Assembly: GCA_964016885.1 (NCBI GenBank)
Contig: OZ024747.1
Span: 48,856,001 to 48,920,000, forward strand
DNA length: 64,000 nt
Source: Eledone cirrhosa
Lineage: Eukaryota
Direction of reading: 5' to 3'
Shown: in pieces, positions 1-15,398 of the stretch
Numbering within the stretch: position 1 is the stretch's first letter
Layout of the letters: the number at the start of each line of letters is the position of its first letter
Notes under the pieces: model-generated
Database searches by the model: none
Seen by the model: the letters and a program-made list of their open reading frames with translations, nothing else
Told to the model about the DNA's origin: nothing
Program-made: the position numbers and the translations under genes

Positions 1-321
1 TTCTAGGGCATATATGTGTTATAATTGGTATGCATATTTAACAGATCTATGTACAAAATTATACAAAATTATACAAATTATCAAGATTAAATATACATAC
101 CTAACTCATATATACGCCGTCTTCAGAAATAATGAAGACGGCGTATATATGAGTTAGGTATGTATATTTAATCTTGATAATTTGTATAATTTTGTATAAT
201 TTTGTACATAGATCTGTTAAATATGCATACCAATTATAACACATATATGCCCTAGAAACGATCGTTAAATAGTGAACTTTTTTTGTTTAATATAAGGAAT
301 TGTTTGTTCATTATTTGTTTA

Positions 322-327
<6 letters not shown>
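1..327. mobile_element. PLE-type fold-back element: 125-bp perfect inverted repeat carrying a hammerhead motif with a long stem II
   Basis: Arms 1-125 and 133-257 are reverse complements with a 7-nt spacer. The minus arm reads TATTT-CTGAAGA (126-120). The plus arm ends GAAA-CGATCG-T-T-AAATA (255-271). Ends in (TA)n and is cut by the window start. Confidence 0.75.
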
Positions 328-372
<45 letters not shown>

Positions 373-376
<4 letters not shown>

Positions 377-567
377 GAGGAGTTGTGGTAAGGAACCTGA
401 TGGACCATAACGCACCAGAGTACTCAATACTTAGACTTAGGGTAGTAGAGTGGGTAATAGGAGAAAGTATGACCCCGACGGCAGAGCCCAAGTCATTTCG
501 ACGGCTATTTCAGTCCAGAAATAGCCGTCGAAACGGCTTGAGCTCTGCCGTCTGGGTCATACTTTCT

Positions 568-570
<3 letters not shown>
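373..570 (-). mobile_element. Fold-back element, family A, inserted in (TA)n
   Basis: Arms ~458-511 and 518-570 plus a tail. Homologous to 4809-4929, 43455-43715, 46670-46821, 21646-21716, 32338-32416 and more distantly 16140-16300. Confidence 0.8.
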
Positions 571-648
<78 letters not shown>

Positions 649-969
649 TATGTATGTGAATAGTGAAGGGGAGAGCGAAAGAAAGAAAGAGGGTGAAAGA
701 GACAGAGTGTGTGCAACATTCCTGCGGTGTATTCAGATTGTGCAATTCCGGTCGTTCAATCTAAATGTGTAGCCTTGTTGATTGCATGTGCACGGCTGGC
801 AGTGGTGGTGGGGTGCAGCTGAAATACACCCTAGTTTCTGGCGTTATATGAAAGGGTGGGAGAGAAAGAAGAGGTGTAGAGTTACGAACGGAAGGGGAGG
901 TGAGACAGGAGAGGGAGAGAGGAGTGTAACGGATTAGATGAGGCGCTGATGTGGAAAGAGACATAATGA

Positions 970-1110
970 TGATTGTGGTAGCAGAAGTGATGGTGCTGGT
1001 GGTGGTGGTGGTGGTGGTGTCGAGGCTAATGGTGGTAGTGATGATGATGATGGTGGTGGTGGTGGTGGTGGTGGTGGTGGTGGTGGTGGTGTCGAGGCTA
1101 ATGGTGGTAG

Positions 1111-1141
<31 letters not shown>

Positions 1142-1197
1142 GGTGGTGGTGGTGGTGGTGGTGGTGGTGGTGGTGGTGTCGAGGCTAATGGTGGTAG

Positions 1198-1231
<34 letters not shown>

Positions 1232-1410
1232 GGTGTCGAGGCTAATGGTGGTAGTGATGATGATGATGGTGGTGGTGGTGGTGGTGGTGGTGGTGGCGGT
1301 GGTGGCGGTGGTGGTGGTGGTGGTGGTGGTGGTGGTGGTGGTGGCGGTGGTGGCGGTGGTGGTGGTGATGGTGGTGTCGAGGCTAATGGTGGTAGTGATG
1401 ATGATGAAGA

Positions 1411-1444
<34 letters not shown>

Positions 1445-1506
1445 GGTGGTGGTGGTGGTGGTGGTGGTGGTGGTGGTGGTGGTGGTGTCGAGGCTAATGG
1501 TGGTAG

Positions 1507-1540
<34 letters not shown>

Positions 1541-1866
1541 GGTGTCGAGGCTAATGGTGGTAGTGATGATGATGATGGTGGTGGTGGTGGTGGTGGTGGT
1601 GGTGGTGGTGGTGGTGTCGAGGCTAATAGTGGTAGTGATGATGATGATGGTGATGGTGGTGGTGGTGGTGGTGTCGAGGCTAATGGTGGTAGTGATGATG
1701 ATGATGGTGATGGTGATGGTGGTGGTGGTGTTGGTGGTGGTGGTGTCGAGGCTAATGGTGGTAGTGATGATGATGATGGTGGTGGTGGTGGTGGTGGTGG
1801 TGGTGGCGGTGGTGGTGGTGATGGTGGTGTCGAGGCTAATGGTGGTAGTGATGATGATGAAGATGA

Positions 1867-1900
<34 letters not shown>

Positions 1901-2100
1901 GGTGGTGGTGGTGGTGGTGATGGTGGTGGTAGTGGTAGTGGTGGTGTTCTATTGGTGGTTTTCGTTGTGTTGGTGTTGGTAATGGTGATGATGTTGGTGG
2001 TAGTGGCGGATTTGGTGGTAGTGGTGGTGGTGGTGGTGGTGATGATGGTAGTGTGGTGATGGTGACGGTGGTGTTAGGGAATTTGAGGAGGATGGTGGTG
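970..2100. repeat. Compound (GGT)n/(GAT)n microsatellite with a recurring GTCGAGGCTAATGGTGGTAGT unit
   Basis: Direct reading. The poly-V/M ORF 951-1982 is an artefact of this repeat. Confidence 0.9.
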
Positions 2101-3016
2101 ACGCTGAATGAACTGAAGTATCGTGAAATAAAGTGTCTTGCTTAAGAAGGCAACGCGGCTTCGGAAATCGGACTCACTACCTTAAGGTCGTGAGCCGAAT
2201 ACTGTAACCAATATGCCAGGCGCCTTCAATATTTTTAACTTGTTACTTCATCTCGGAATCAAATTATATATATGTATATGTATAAATGTTTGTGTGTGTG
2301 GGGGGGGGATGTGTGTGTGCATGTACGTGTGTGTATGTGTGTGCGTGTGTGTGGTGTGTATGTGTGTGTGTGAGTGCGCGTGTGTGTGTGTATGCGTGTG
2401 TGTAAATAATGGTGCAAATTCAGTTTGTATTTTTTATTTATAACAAGTTCTAGTTTAGATTTATTTATGTCTTCTGGCTGTATCTTTTTAAACCCTGTAA
2501 TTTTGTATGAATTGTGTATGAATTTTGTATGAATTTTGTATGAATTTTTTAAAAAAGCTGTAAAGAAGTTTAGTTCACCTGTTTGTGTTATTTTATTTCA
2601 TTTCATTTTTTGTTTAGTATTGTTTTACATGTGCTCTAGCTCAGCTTTACAACTTTTGCAAATATTCCATTGTTGAACATGATAAATATTCTGGTTTTCA
2701 CATCTGCTATTTCCATCATGTTTAATTCATACAAACAGCAACTCACTACTCTGTAGTCCGCTATTACACTCTTTCAATGTAACATCAAAATCAACCTCAA
2801 CATAAATTCACGATAGTTCTTTTATTTATTTATTTTAAAAATAAGAACCATATTATGTAAGTATGACATCTTCAATATCACGTATTGGATGGAGCAGGCA
2901 TGGCTGTGTGGTTACGATATACATATACATATATATATATATTCGTACATACGTAACTTCTGGTTCAGTCTCACTACATAGTACGTTGAGGAAAATGATT
3001 TCTCCTAAAGCCTCGT

Positions 3017-3260
3017 GAAGGTGCATGACTTAGTGGTTAGAGTATTGGGCTTGCAATTGAGAGGTTGTGAGTTCGATTCTCGGACCGGGTGATACGTTGT
3101 GTCCTTGAGCAAGACACTTCATTTAACATTGCTTCAGTCGGTGGTGTGGAGAGAGGAGGCTGGTGTGTACAGCCGACTGCTAGTCTTCCACAAACAACCT
3201 TGCCCAGGCTTGTTCCTCGGAGGGAAAATACCTAGGTGCAAAACCATGGCCATTTGTGAC
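3017..3260 (+). mobile_element. tRNA-derived SINE family 2 (CORE/Meta-domain-like)
   Basis: A-box-like TGACTTAGTGG, B-box GAGTTCGATTC, then GTGTCCTTGAGCAAGACACTT. Similar copies at 37562, 53161 and 54874-55040(-). Confidence 0.7.
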
Positions 3261-4104
3261 CGATAGGGGCCTCTCTCTAAAAGCTTCGCTCGCATTGAGC
3301 GAAATTGGTTGACGGAAAGACCCGTCTAACCAATGCAAGTAAGGAAAAACAGAAGTAGGAATGAATCGAAATGGAAGGGATAATATAAGTGAGATTATCA
3401 CGGCAATGGTTTGTTCAAATGATTTGTTCAATCGATTTTCTCTGTATCTCACAGAGACGTACAGGTAAAACAGTTCTGACCTATTAGAAAAAAGAGTATA
3501 TCTTGACTTGTTTTACTGGTTTAGCAAGTGACTTCATCTGAGTTGTGTATTGAGAATAAAAACAATCATGGAAGATTAATGACAAGCATTTAAAACACAC
3601 ATACACGCATACACTCATGCACACATACACACTCAACTGTATATACTTGTATTTTATTCATTTTATTTTATTTTGATATATCATTGTACAGGAATAGTTG
3701 CCTAGTTGAGAAGTCCACTCCGCAACCGCATGTTTCCGAATTCGATCTCAATAAGTAGCCATTTGTGATAAGTGTCTTCTATCATAGTATATATACCGTA
3801 TAGACTCGAGTAATCAGTATATGTGCGTGTGTGAGTGTATATATATATATATATATGTGTGTATGTATGTTTGTGTGTGAGAGTGTGTGTATGGATGTGT
3901 GTGCGAGCGTGTTTGAATGTATGTATGTATATATATATATATGTACGTGTGTATGTGTGAGTGTGTACGTATGTATATGCGTGTGAATGTGTGTATGTAT
4001 GTGTGTGCGTGTGAGTTTATATGTATGTGTGTATGTGTATGTATGTGTGTGTGTGTGTGTGCGCGCATGTGTGTATGTGAGAGAGAGCGAGAGAGAGAGA
4101 GAGA

Positions 4105-4197
<93 letters not shown>

Positions 4198-4727
4198 GCA
4201 GCTAGTTCACCCAGTACCGTAATATCTGCACCATCGCCATAGGACGAAAGTCGCCATATAAATACAAATACTTATGTTTGTGTTATCAATTTAATATTTA
4301 CAAGGTATATAGAAATGTAATATTTTCTTAGCAAGCACGATTATTGTAATCTGGGATTGTAATTTTTGGTTGTAAGTTTATATAAGAAACAATATCTTAT
4401 TTTTCTTTTGTATTTACATTACACGAAGCTTAATTCAGAATTTAGGAAAACTATTCTGAGACTGCTGAAGAACGTTTTCTTTAAAATAGTAGCTCTGAAC
4501 TGTAGGAGTATTAACAATACAGAATATTTACAAATGGACGGATAATAAACAAATCGCTTTCCAATGTATATATGTACCGTATATCTATCTATAGAGTACT
4601 AAACTGCACTAAATTAAGTAGAAATTAATTTTGAGGAAAATGGCGATAGTCTGTGTCACTGTGAAATGGTGTAATTATATAAGTTGAATGACACACAAAC
4701 ATAGGTATGTATGTGTGTATGTGTGTA

Positions 4728-5100
<373 letters not shown>

Positions 5101-5224
5101 CGGTAAATATTGATTCAATTCAAATCAAGCACTCGACGTATTTTTTCCACATAGGAAAAATGGAGTATATTTAGAATAAGAAAATGCGAAGTAGTTTCAG
5201 CTGTCAAAGTCCTTTATTGATAAT

Positions 5225-5292
5225 GCTGTGATACATATTTCAAAGACGACAGTGGCCACACGATTCCCAGTGCCATGACATCATCAGACAGC
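5225..5292 (-). ncRNA. Minimal type-I hammerhead motif
   Basis: Minus strand: GCTGT-CTGATGA-(degenerate stem II)-GAAA-TATGTA-T-C-ACAGC. Stem I is GCTGT/ACAGC and the triplet is AUC. Confidence 0.65.
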
Positions 5293-5954
5293 TTCTTATA
5301 TATTAAGGTTACGTTCCCTAGGCAATCCAAACTGAAACGACTAGGGAATGGACAAGGCGCGTGTTCCTGAATCCTTCGCCCGTTCCTTTGTGAGCCCCAA
5401 TTCACCTCCACAGGTTTGCGCAGAAGCAAACTCATCTCAAACCCCAAACTCAACGAAAACTAACCTAGACAGCCCCCCCCCCCTCCTACCAAACAATGAC
5501 CCCCATCCAGGGCGGTAATATGACACGGTTAAAGTTTACTGCTATTCGCCCTGCCAATGGAAGTTGACCGAAACCTAATGGTGGTGGCAGAGTATGAGTT
5601 TCAATAGGCCCCAATACTACCCCTAATTTATGCTTGGACAATAGAGTTGACCATCACCCGCTCAAGAGAATATAAACTTAATTCTAGATATTATGGTTTC
5701 ACAGTGGAAATTATGATTGAAAATTAGAAATTAAAAGTTTAAATCTTGATTGAAGTAAATAAAAATATAAATATATATATATATATAGGTTTGTTGGTTC
5801 ACCACTGGATAGAACTGGTCATTCTGTATGGTCAACCTCGATGTAATATTATGGAGAGCACTCGACGTAATGCAACTCACCCGTCTTCGTTTGTGTTGTT
5901 GGTGGTGCGAGTACGGAATACCTTTTAAGGAATTACACCAGTCCAGCCTCCTGT

Positions 5955-6027
<73 letters not shown>

Positions 6028-6028
<1 letters not shown>

Positions 6029-6295
6029 TGTTATACTTTGGGAGGGTCATTTTGCCAATAAAAAACACACGCACCAGTTGCTTTCACTCCAATTTATTAT
6101 AAATTAAATTCATAAATTTAGGAATTCATAAATTTCCGGTTGGTTGGTTGGTTCCACAACCGGACGGTTGTTCATATATTGTCAAAGTTCTTTCGTCACA
6201 CATTCTGTGACCTCTTCAGTAACTGGGTATTCTTCTCTTTGTTTTGTGCCTCTCCTTTGTTCTGTCCTACGCCATCTTGTTTTTGTGTGTGTTGT
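6028..6295 (-). mobile_element. PLE pLTR fragment, family O, with HHR at 6181-6223
   Basis: Near-identical to 55496-55740 and 62300-62549. Minus strand: CTGAAGA-G-GTCACA/TGTGAC-GAAA-GAAC-T-T-TGAC. Confidence 0.75.
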
Positions 6296-6886
6296 GACAC
6301 AACATTGGTTGAAAGAATATTGGTTAAAAGATAAATTGATTGAAAACGTACTAGTAGATATTAAATGCATCGAATGACGTATCCGTAAAAAAATATTTAT
6401 AGAAAAATATTTGTAGAGTGAAGTTCGTAGAAAAACATTGAAATAAATGGAAACTTAATGACGACATTTTAAAAGAAAGTATTTAAAATAAGAACAAATT
6501 ATTTTTACATGAAATATCTTTTCATTTCATTTACAGGTTTTCTCAGAAAGAGAAATATACTGAAGAGAAATATACTGAAGAGAAATATACTGAAGAGAAA
6601 TATATTGAAGAGAAATATATTGAAATTTAATTTGGATATGTTTTGTATGTGTACTTCTGTGTGTGTATATATATATATGTGTGTGTGTGTATGTGTATGT
6701 GTGTATGTGTGTGTATATGTGTGTGTATGTGGGTGGGTGTGCGTGTATATATATATGTATATATATGTATATATATACACACGTATGTATATATGTGGGG
6801 ATGTGTGCGCGTATATATATATATAAGCATATATATATATGTATATATACGTATGTATGTATATATATGTATATATATATATATAT

Positions 6887-7330
6887 AAAATAAAATAAAA
6901 TAAATAAGTCAAATATTAAAAATTTGGCTTCGTTTATTACTGCTATATATATTTCGGTGACAGCCATCTTTGGCTGTGACCCCTTCAGGGAGTCCGAATT
7001 GGTGTGGTAGAGACAGGTACACATGTTGTTGAGGTGTTTAACTCCGTCAATACTCCGATATTCCCAGTTCCTGGTTGGGTTGCTATTTCTCTGAGGAACT
7101 GGAATCATATGATTCGGACCAATTCGGTCTGCCTGAAGAGGTCACAGCCAAAGATGGCTGTCACTGAAATATATATAGCAGTAATAAACGAAGCCAAATT
7201 TTAAATATTTGACTTATTTATTTTATTTTACATTACTCCGGGGTAACCAAACCAACCTGCGCACTTCGTCGAGTGCTCCAATCTGCATACTGAGGTGTCG
7301 GTAAACAACCAACATATACTAACAAAAAAA
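6887..7330 (+). mobile_element. PLE-type fold-back element between TA/TG tracts
   Basis: Inverted arms ~6890-7003 and ~7118-7230. The 3' tail carries GAGTGCT (7271-7277). Confidence 0.75.
7129..7181 (+). ncRNA. Minimal type-I hammerhead motif
   Basis: CTGC-CTGAAGA-GGTCACAGCCAAAGATGGCTGTCACT-GAAA-TATATA-T-A-GCAG. Palindromic stem III and AUA triplet. Confidence 0.8.
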
Positions 7331-7442
7331 TATATATATATATATATACACACACTTTTACTCTTTTACCTGTTGTAGCCATCCGGCTGAGGCCATGCTG
7401 GGGCACCGCTTTTGTTGGTACCCATTCTATCTCCAACCTGTG

Positions 7443-8452
7443 TTAGAGCAAGAGGGAGTTCGTTGCTGCTGCCCTTAGGTTACCTTCGTACCATGATGTG
7501 GGCTCATCCGTGATCCTGGATAGCAGGGTGTCGAGATGTTTCTTGAAACCATCCACATCTACACCAAGCAGATCTCTCAAATCCCTTGGCAGCTTGTTGA
7601 AGAGGTGAGGGCCTTTGAAACACAGGCTATTGCAATATCTGCTCCTTATTCTAGCTGTGGAAGACGGGACCGTTGGCACCACACAGTGACGTCCTGTTCG
7701 GAGGTTGGCCCAGCTCCCAATGCCCAAGTTTGGTGATAGTCCCTCCAGGATTTTCCATATGTATATCACTCCGTATCTCTCCCGTCTTCGTTCCAAGGAG
7801 GAGAGGTTCAGTTCTTTTAGCCTCTCCCAGTAGCTTGTCTCCTTCATCGTCGCAATCCTCTTGGTGTAGCTTCGTTGGATTGCCTCAAGCTCTGTGGTTA
7901 GTTTGATACTATGGGGTGGCCACAGCTGGGAGCAATAGTCCAGATGGCTTAGGACAAATGTCCTCCATAGTGTCAATTGGTCTCTCGGTCTCCAGAAAGT
8001 CCTCAAGATCCAGCCAGCGAGTCGTCTGCACATTGTTGCCACCCTCACGATGTGTGAAGAAAAAGATACATCGTCACTCATGTCTATTCCCAGGCCTTGT
8101 ATCGGCTTCGACACGTGAATTAGGATCCCTCCAGGTCCAGTGTAGCTGGGTTGTATTGTATTTGTGTCTGCAGGTTGGTATTGTAGGGCTTGAAATTTTC
8201 CAGCATTAAAGTACATGTTGTTGTCCTCAGCCCATCTTGTTGTAAAAGGGCAGCATCAGTCGGGTTTTTGATTGCCTGTGCTACCATTTGTGTCGTCATT
8301 AGCATAGCTAGTGAGGGATGTTGTATGTACTACAGAGGGCATGTCTGAGAGAGCCCCCCAAAACAGTAGTGGTCCTAAGACTGCGTCCTGGGGCACCCCA
8401 CTTGTTATTGATGTTTCCTTTGAGAGGGCCCCATTTGCTGTTAGCTGGGCCT
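7443..8452 (-). mobile_element. CR1/L2-group LINE, 5'-truncated, RT C-terminal half with frameshifts
   Basis: SGVPQDAVLGPLLF, YA(N)DDT, LDYCSQLW and LSSLERRRERY. Paralog at 21778-22550. Confidence 0.85.
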
Positions 8453-8532
8453 GAGTGGCAGAGGCAAAAAGTGGCAACAAATCCACAATTCGGTCTTTGG
8501 AAGACCAAGACGGACGCATGGTACTTGATTCC
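8452..8532 (+). mobile_element. Small L1/Tx1 ORF2 fragment
   Basis: AEAKSGNKSTIRSLEDQDGRMVLD matches AEARRGNEATIRSLVDHDRRMLLD of ORF 28688-29134. Confidence 0.7.
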
Positions 8533-8539
8533 ACCCTTC

Positions 8540-8793
8540 CTGTTTTTGTGCTTCTCCTTTGTTCTGTCCTACGCCAAGATCGCGTAGGACAGAACAAAGG
8601 AGAGGCACAAAAACAAAGAAAAGAATCCCCAGTCACTGTGACGAAAGAACTTTGACAATATATAAATAATCATCTGGTTGTGGAACCAACCAATCAACCG
8701 GAAATTTATAAATTCCTAAATTTATAAATTTATTATAATAAACTGAAGTGAAAGTAACTGGTGCGTGTGTTTCTTATTGGCAACATGACTCTC

Positions 8794-8797
<4 letters not shown>
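8540..8797 (+). mobile_element. Family O pLTR fragment with 5' fold-back; HHR core deleted
   Basis: Arms ~8541-8574 and 8582-8616. GTCAC is joined to TGTGACGAAAGAAC. Ends in (TA)n. Confidence 0.7.
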
Positions 8798-8856
<59 letters not shown>

Positions 8857-8898
8857 AAACTTTGGATCATCACTTCGAATATATATTTATATATATAT

Positions 8899-9699
8899 AA
8901 ATGGAAAAAAATGAAATTTCATTTTTCACTCTTAGTACAGCTGATACTTAAATATAAGTATATATACGTACATACATATATGTATACAGACGTACAATAG
9001 TATGTATATACATACATACATACATGCACACATATGTATAAGTACCTATGGGTTTACCGAACATTTATTATAATGCTCGGTTTGTTTGTAAACAAACAGC
9101 CCGAATTATTAGCCGTAGTGTTCGGCAACATCGTTGCCCTTTTGTTCAACACTGACATTATAATAAATGTTCGGTAAACCCATACGTACATATACATATG
9201 TGTGCATGTATGTATGTATATACATACTAGTGTACGTCTGTATACATATATGTATGTACGTATACATACTTATGTTTAAGTATCAGCCGTACTAAGAGTG
9301 AGAAATGAAATTTCATTTTTTTCCATTTATCGTTTTCGGTACACCCGGCCGACTAACTTACTCGATATGCAAATTAGGCTGCTCAGCCGTAAATATGCAT
9401 AAGGAAATTATATACTTTCAAACGTTCAATCGACTGACAGGAAGGTATACGGTGGTGATGACAGCTAATAAGCTAGAAACTAGTTCATCGTTCCTTTGTC
9501 AGTTGAACAAAAGGGCAACGATGGTTGCCGAACACTGTACGGCTAATAATTCGGGCTGTTTGTTTAGAAACAAACCGAGCATTATAATAAATGTTCGGTA
9601 AACCCATACATACATATATATATGTGTGCATGTATGTATATATATATACATACTAGTGTACGTCTGTATACATATACGTATGTACGGATACATACTTAC
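8899..9699 (+). mobile_element. PLE-type inverted plus partial-tandem pLTR with HHR at 9450-9490
   Basis: 8899-9156 is inverted relative to 9157-9327 and 9498-9699, and those two are direct repeats. CGGTG-GTGATGA-cAGCT/AGCTa-GAAA-CTAG-T-T-CATCG. Confidence 0.75.
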
Positions 9700-10214
9700 A
9701 TATATATATATATATATTGATTGATTGATTATTCCGTAAAACCAGTGTTGACCAAACAGTGACGATCGGTTTACAAACGAATCGAACATTATTATCAATG
9801 TTCGATATAACCTATATATATATATATGTGTGTGTGTGTGCGTGCGCGCGTATATGTGTATGTATGTGCATGTATGTGTCTGTGCATGTGTGTATGTGTT
9901 TGCATGTGGGTGTATGTGTATGTGTTTGTATCTTGGTATATCTGTGTGCCTATTATCCATTATGGATGCTGACTACCATTCATTACTGAAAGAATCGATT
10001 AATAATCACCAGTAAGTGTAGCTCTAATTCTAATTAAATCAACGAGATTCTGTGAAAAAGGTGCCGTTCCAACATCTCATTCGAGAATCTCGCTCACGTC
10101 GCCATGACACCATCACTGGTGAGAGTGTGGAGAGGAGTAAGTGAGAAGATTTTATGATTCTTTCGTGTACAGGAGAAAGTGAAAGCGAAAGTGTTGTGCT
10201 TGACATTCACCTGA

Positions 10215-10250
<36 letters not shown>

Positions 10251-10259
10251 ACGCACGCA

Positions 10260-10328
<69 letters not shown>

Positions 10329-10335
10329 ACGCACG

Positions 10336-10438
<103 letters not shown>

Positions 10439-10966
10439 GACCGTGTGTACATATATATATATATATATATGTATACGTATATGAATTCACGTTAACTTTG
10501 TTTTGTCAGTTCATTAGAGTTCTACAGGGAGTCTTTAACATGTAGATTAGATCTACCTTAGACTAGATATCAATACTTCACAAGTTCAAATCACGCCTAC
10601 GCCATCTTTGCCTTTAATTTTTGCGGGGTTGATAAAATATAGTACCACTCTATAAGTATTAGGTTTGATTTAATTAACTACTCTCTGTACACAAATTGCT
10701 GGCCGTGTGAATAAATTAGAAACCAATGATCTGACTACATTGATATTCCAGTGAGGTGGAATTTAAACTTTGAACGAAATAGAAACAGAGTCTAATCTAT
10801 TGTCCTGAAGTGGAAGTTTATTTATTGATTCTGAAACTCTGACAGGCAAAGGTCATCTCGGAGGATCTTATACTCAAAGCGCAGAGGTCAAAACAAATAC
10901 TGCAAGGTAGTTTATTATTGGAAAATGCGTGAAAACTTTGGTACAGTTAGGTATATTTGAAACAAG

Positions 10967-11103
10967 GAAAAGAATGACTTTACTTGTAGTTGGTTTTCTA
11001 AACAATTTAATTTTATAATTTTACAATTTTCAAAATTGTAAAATTGTAAAATTATAAAATTAAATTGTTTAGAAAACCAACTACAAGTAAAGTCATTCTT
11101 TTC
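10967..11103. repeat. ~63-bp-arm AT-rich fold-back palindrome adjoining (TA)n
   Basis: GAAAAGAATGACTTTACTTGTAG... and ...CTACAAGTAAAGTCATTCTTTTC. Confidence 0.8.
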
Positions 11104-11287
11104 TTTTTTTTTCATATATATATATATATATATATTTTTTTTATTTATTTATAAAATAACACAATCCAAGGGGCTGAAAATGCAGAGAGACGAGAAGGCA
11201 GGCAAAAATTTAGCTGTTGCCAGTCCGGTTGGCCGCCATGTGACTAAAATCCAAGTCTACATCAAATATATAAGAGCCCCAGAGCAA

Positions 11288-11437
11288 ATATTTATTAAAC
11301 TAACAGATTAAAGTTTAAGCAAAGAATCGCTGCCTTCACCCTTAACGGGATCTTCTGAAACTCGTTTCAGAAGATCCCGTTAAGGGTGAAAGCAGCGATT
11401 CATTGTTTAAACTTTAATATGATATTTTAATAAATAT
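11288..11437. mobile_element. Fold-back element with HHR-like variant (CAGAAGA core)
   Basis: Arms 11288-11361 and 11364-11437. CAGAAGA-tCCC/GGGt-GAAA. Confidence 0.55.
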
Positions 11438-11469
11438 ATATATATATATATGTGTGTGTGTGTATACAT

Positions 11470-12457
<988 letters not shown>

Positions 12458-12464
12458 TTTAGAT

Positions 12465-12868
12465 ATGTAATCTGAGTTTTTCGAATATTAATAATAATAT
12501 TCAATTCGTTTGCAATTATGCAAACAAGCCTCATTTTTAAAGCCATGTCAGTAGAATGAGCCTCTCATTCTTGCTCTTGTGCTGGCATGTAAACAGACCT
12601 GCAGACACTAATGTTTCTGGGTATTACCCTTCATCAGTACAGTTCATTGACATGGCTTTAAAATGAGGCTTGTTTGCATAATTGCAAACGAATTGAATAT
12701 TATTATTAATATTCGGTTGCCTTTCATCCTTACGGGGTTGATAAAATAAAGTACCAGTAATGTACTGGGTAATTGCTGGCCTTGTGCCTAAAGTAGAAAC
12801 AATTATTAATATTCGGAAAACTCAGATTATATTTATTGTATTCAGCCATGTAGAGCGAAATTTTTTTT
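12465..12868. mobile_element. PLE-type fold-back element, family H, with HHR on the minus strand (12599-12642) and a SINE insert at 12717-12801
   Basis: Homologous to 14427-15225. The SINE is flanked by duplicated ATTATTAATATTCGG. Confidence 0.75.
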
Positions 12869-13339
12869 ATATGAATATATATATATCGAAGAGTGTTGTA
12901 CCTTGTATCCTTGTTTGGAGCATTATGGAACACATAGAAATATAGTTCATTATAAAAAGTAATGACAATGTAGATTGTACATTAACAATATGATTAACAC
13001 AACCTTAGAATTTGTCCTTAAATTTCATGCTACTATACGAAGGTGTTAAGTAAACCAGAGATAGAGACAAATTATGTTTCCATTTGAATGGTGGCACGAT
13101 GATTAATTAATCACCATGCCAACCTCTCTCTAGTTCTCGCAACACCTTTGTAAAGGAATATTTTTCTCAACTATAACGACTAATTTCATTTTTCCTACTA
13201 TTGTTGTTATTATTGAGGTTTAATGTTTGGTTTACCTTCTATAATGCACTGTATTGTATATACATGCTTTCTGTATCTCATCCAAACACACACATACTCA
13301 TACACACACACACATACACACACACAAACACACACACAC

Positions 13340-13370
<31 letters not shown>

Positions 13371-13463
13371 CGGTATGTGCATACAGACTCGCATAGATAC
13401 ACAAGTATACATACACACACATACACACGAATACATGAATACAGAGTTATATAGGAGGAAAAC

Positions 13464-13524
<61 letters not shown>

Positions 13525-13536
13525 GGAGAGAGAGAG

Positions 13537-13601
<65 letters not shown>

Positions 13602-13948
13602 GAGAGAGATCTTCAACTACATAAATAAATCAATTAAGTGTCAAATCGATTGATTACAGAAAATTTCCGCCGCAGATAAATGTAAATAAAGTTATACAAA
13701 GAACAACGAAGGGAAATTTAAATGAAAGATCGAAGATCGAAGATAGGAATGCGGAAACATAGTCATGTGTCAGAGAAAGACAGACGCAAAGTTAATGAGA
13801 GTCATGTCAATAAAAGAACTTGTTTAAAGTGTCTTGTCTGTTACCTGTCAGTCTGTCTAACTGAAGGAGTACATTAGTGGAGAGCTGCACTACCAATATC
13901 TGTCATACTCTTATATATCGTTTGTTTCGGCTTCTAGCAAGCCACAAC

Positions 13949-13990
<42 letters not shown>

Positions 13991-13993
<3 letters not shown>

Positions 13994-14342
13994 AAAGTTC
14001 TATTTAAAATTGTTGGGATACAACAAGTAAATATTTTTATAACTGATATAAAGCACTCGACAAGTATTTGAAGTAGATATACGATATTAATAAATGGAAA
14101 CTATATTTATAAAACCATATTTATTTCATTATACATATTTCAGGGATACCAAATTAAATTATGGTATGCCTTCATCAGACAAAATACAATATATAACAGT
14201 TTTACAAATAAGCTTTGACGTACCCTTTTAAAATGCAACCATTATTTTTGGAAGCCATCTGGATGACAAAATACAATATATAACAGCTTTGACGTACCCT
14301 TTGAATATGGTTTTATAAATATAGTTTCCATTTATTAATATC

Positions 14343-14345
<3 letters not shown>
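13991..14345 (-). mobile_element. PLE-type fold-back element in (TA)n with HHR at 14124-14184
   Basis: Minus strand: TTTTGT-CTGATGA-AGGCATACCA..TGGTATCCCT-GAAA-TATGTA-T-A-ATGAAA. Arms 14088-14121 and 14305-14345. GAGTGCT in the tail. Confidence 0.75.
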
Positions 14346-15363
<1,018 letters not shown>

Positions 15364-15364
15364 C

Positions 15365-15398
<34 letters not shown>

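Noticed and set aside
951-1982. 343-aa Val/Met-rich ORF
   Set aside because: Translation of the (GGT/GAT)n microsatellite with no coding evidence.
10030-10216. Possible minus-strand exon after TTCAG acceptor
   Set aside because: No recognisable protein, donor site or partner exon, so it cannot be supported.
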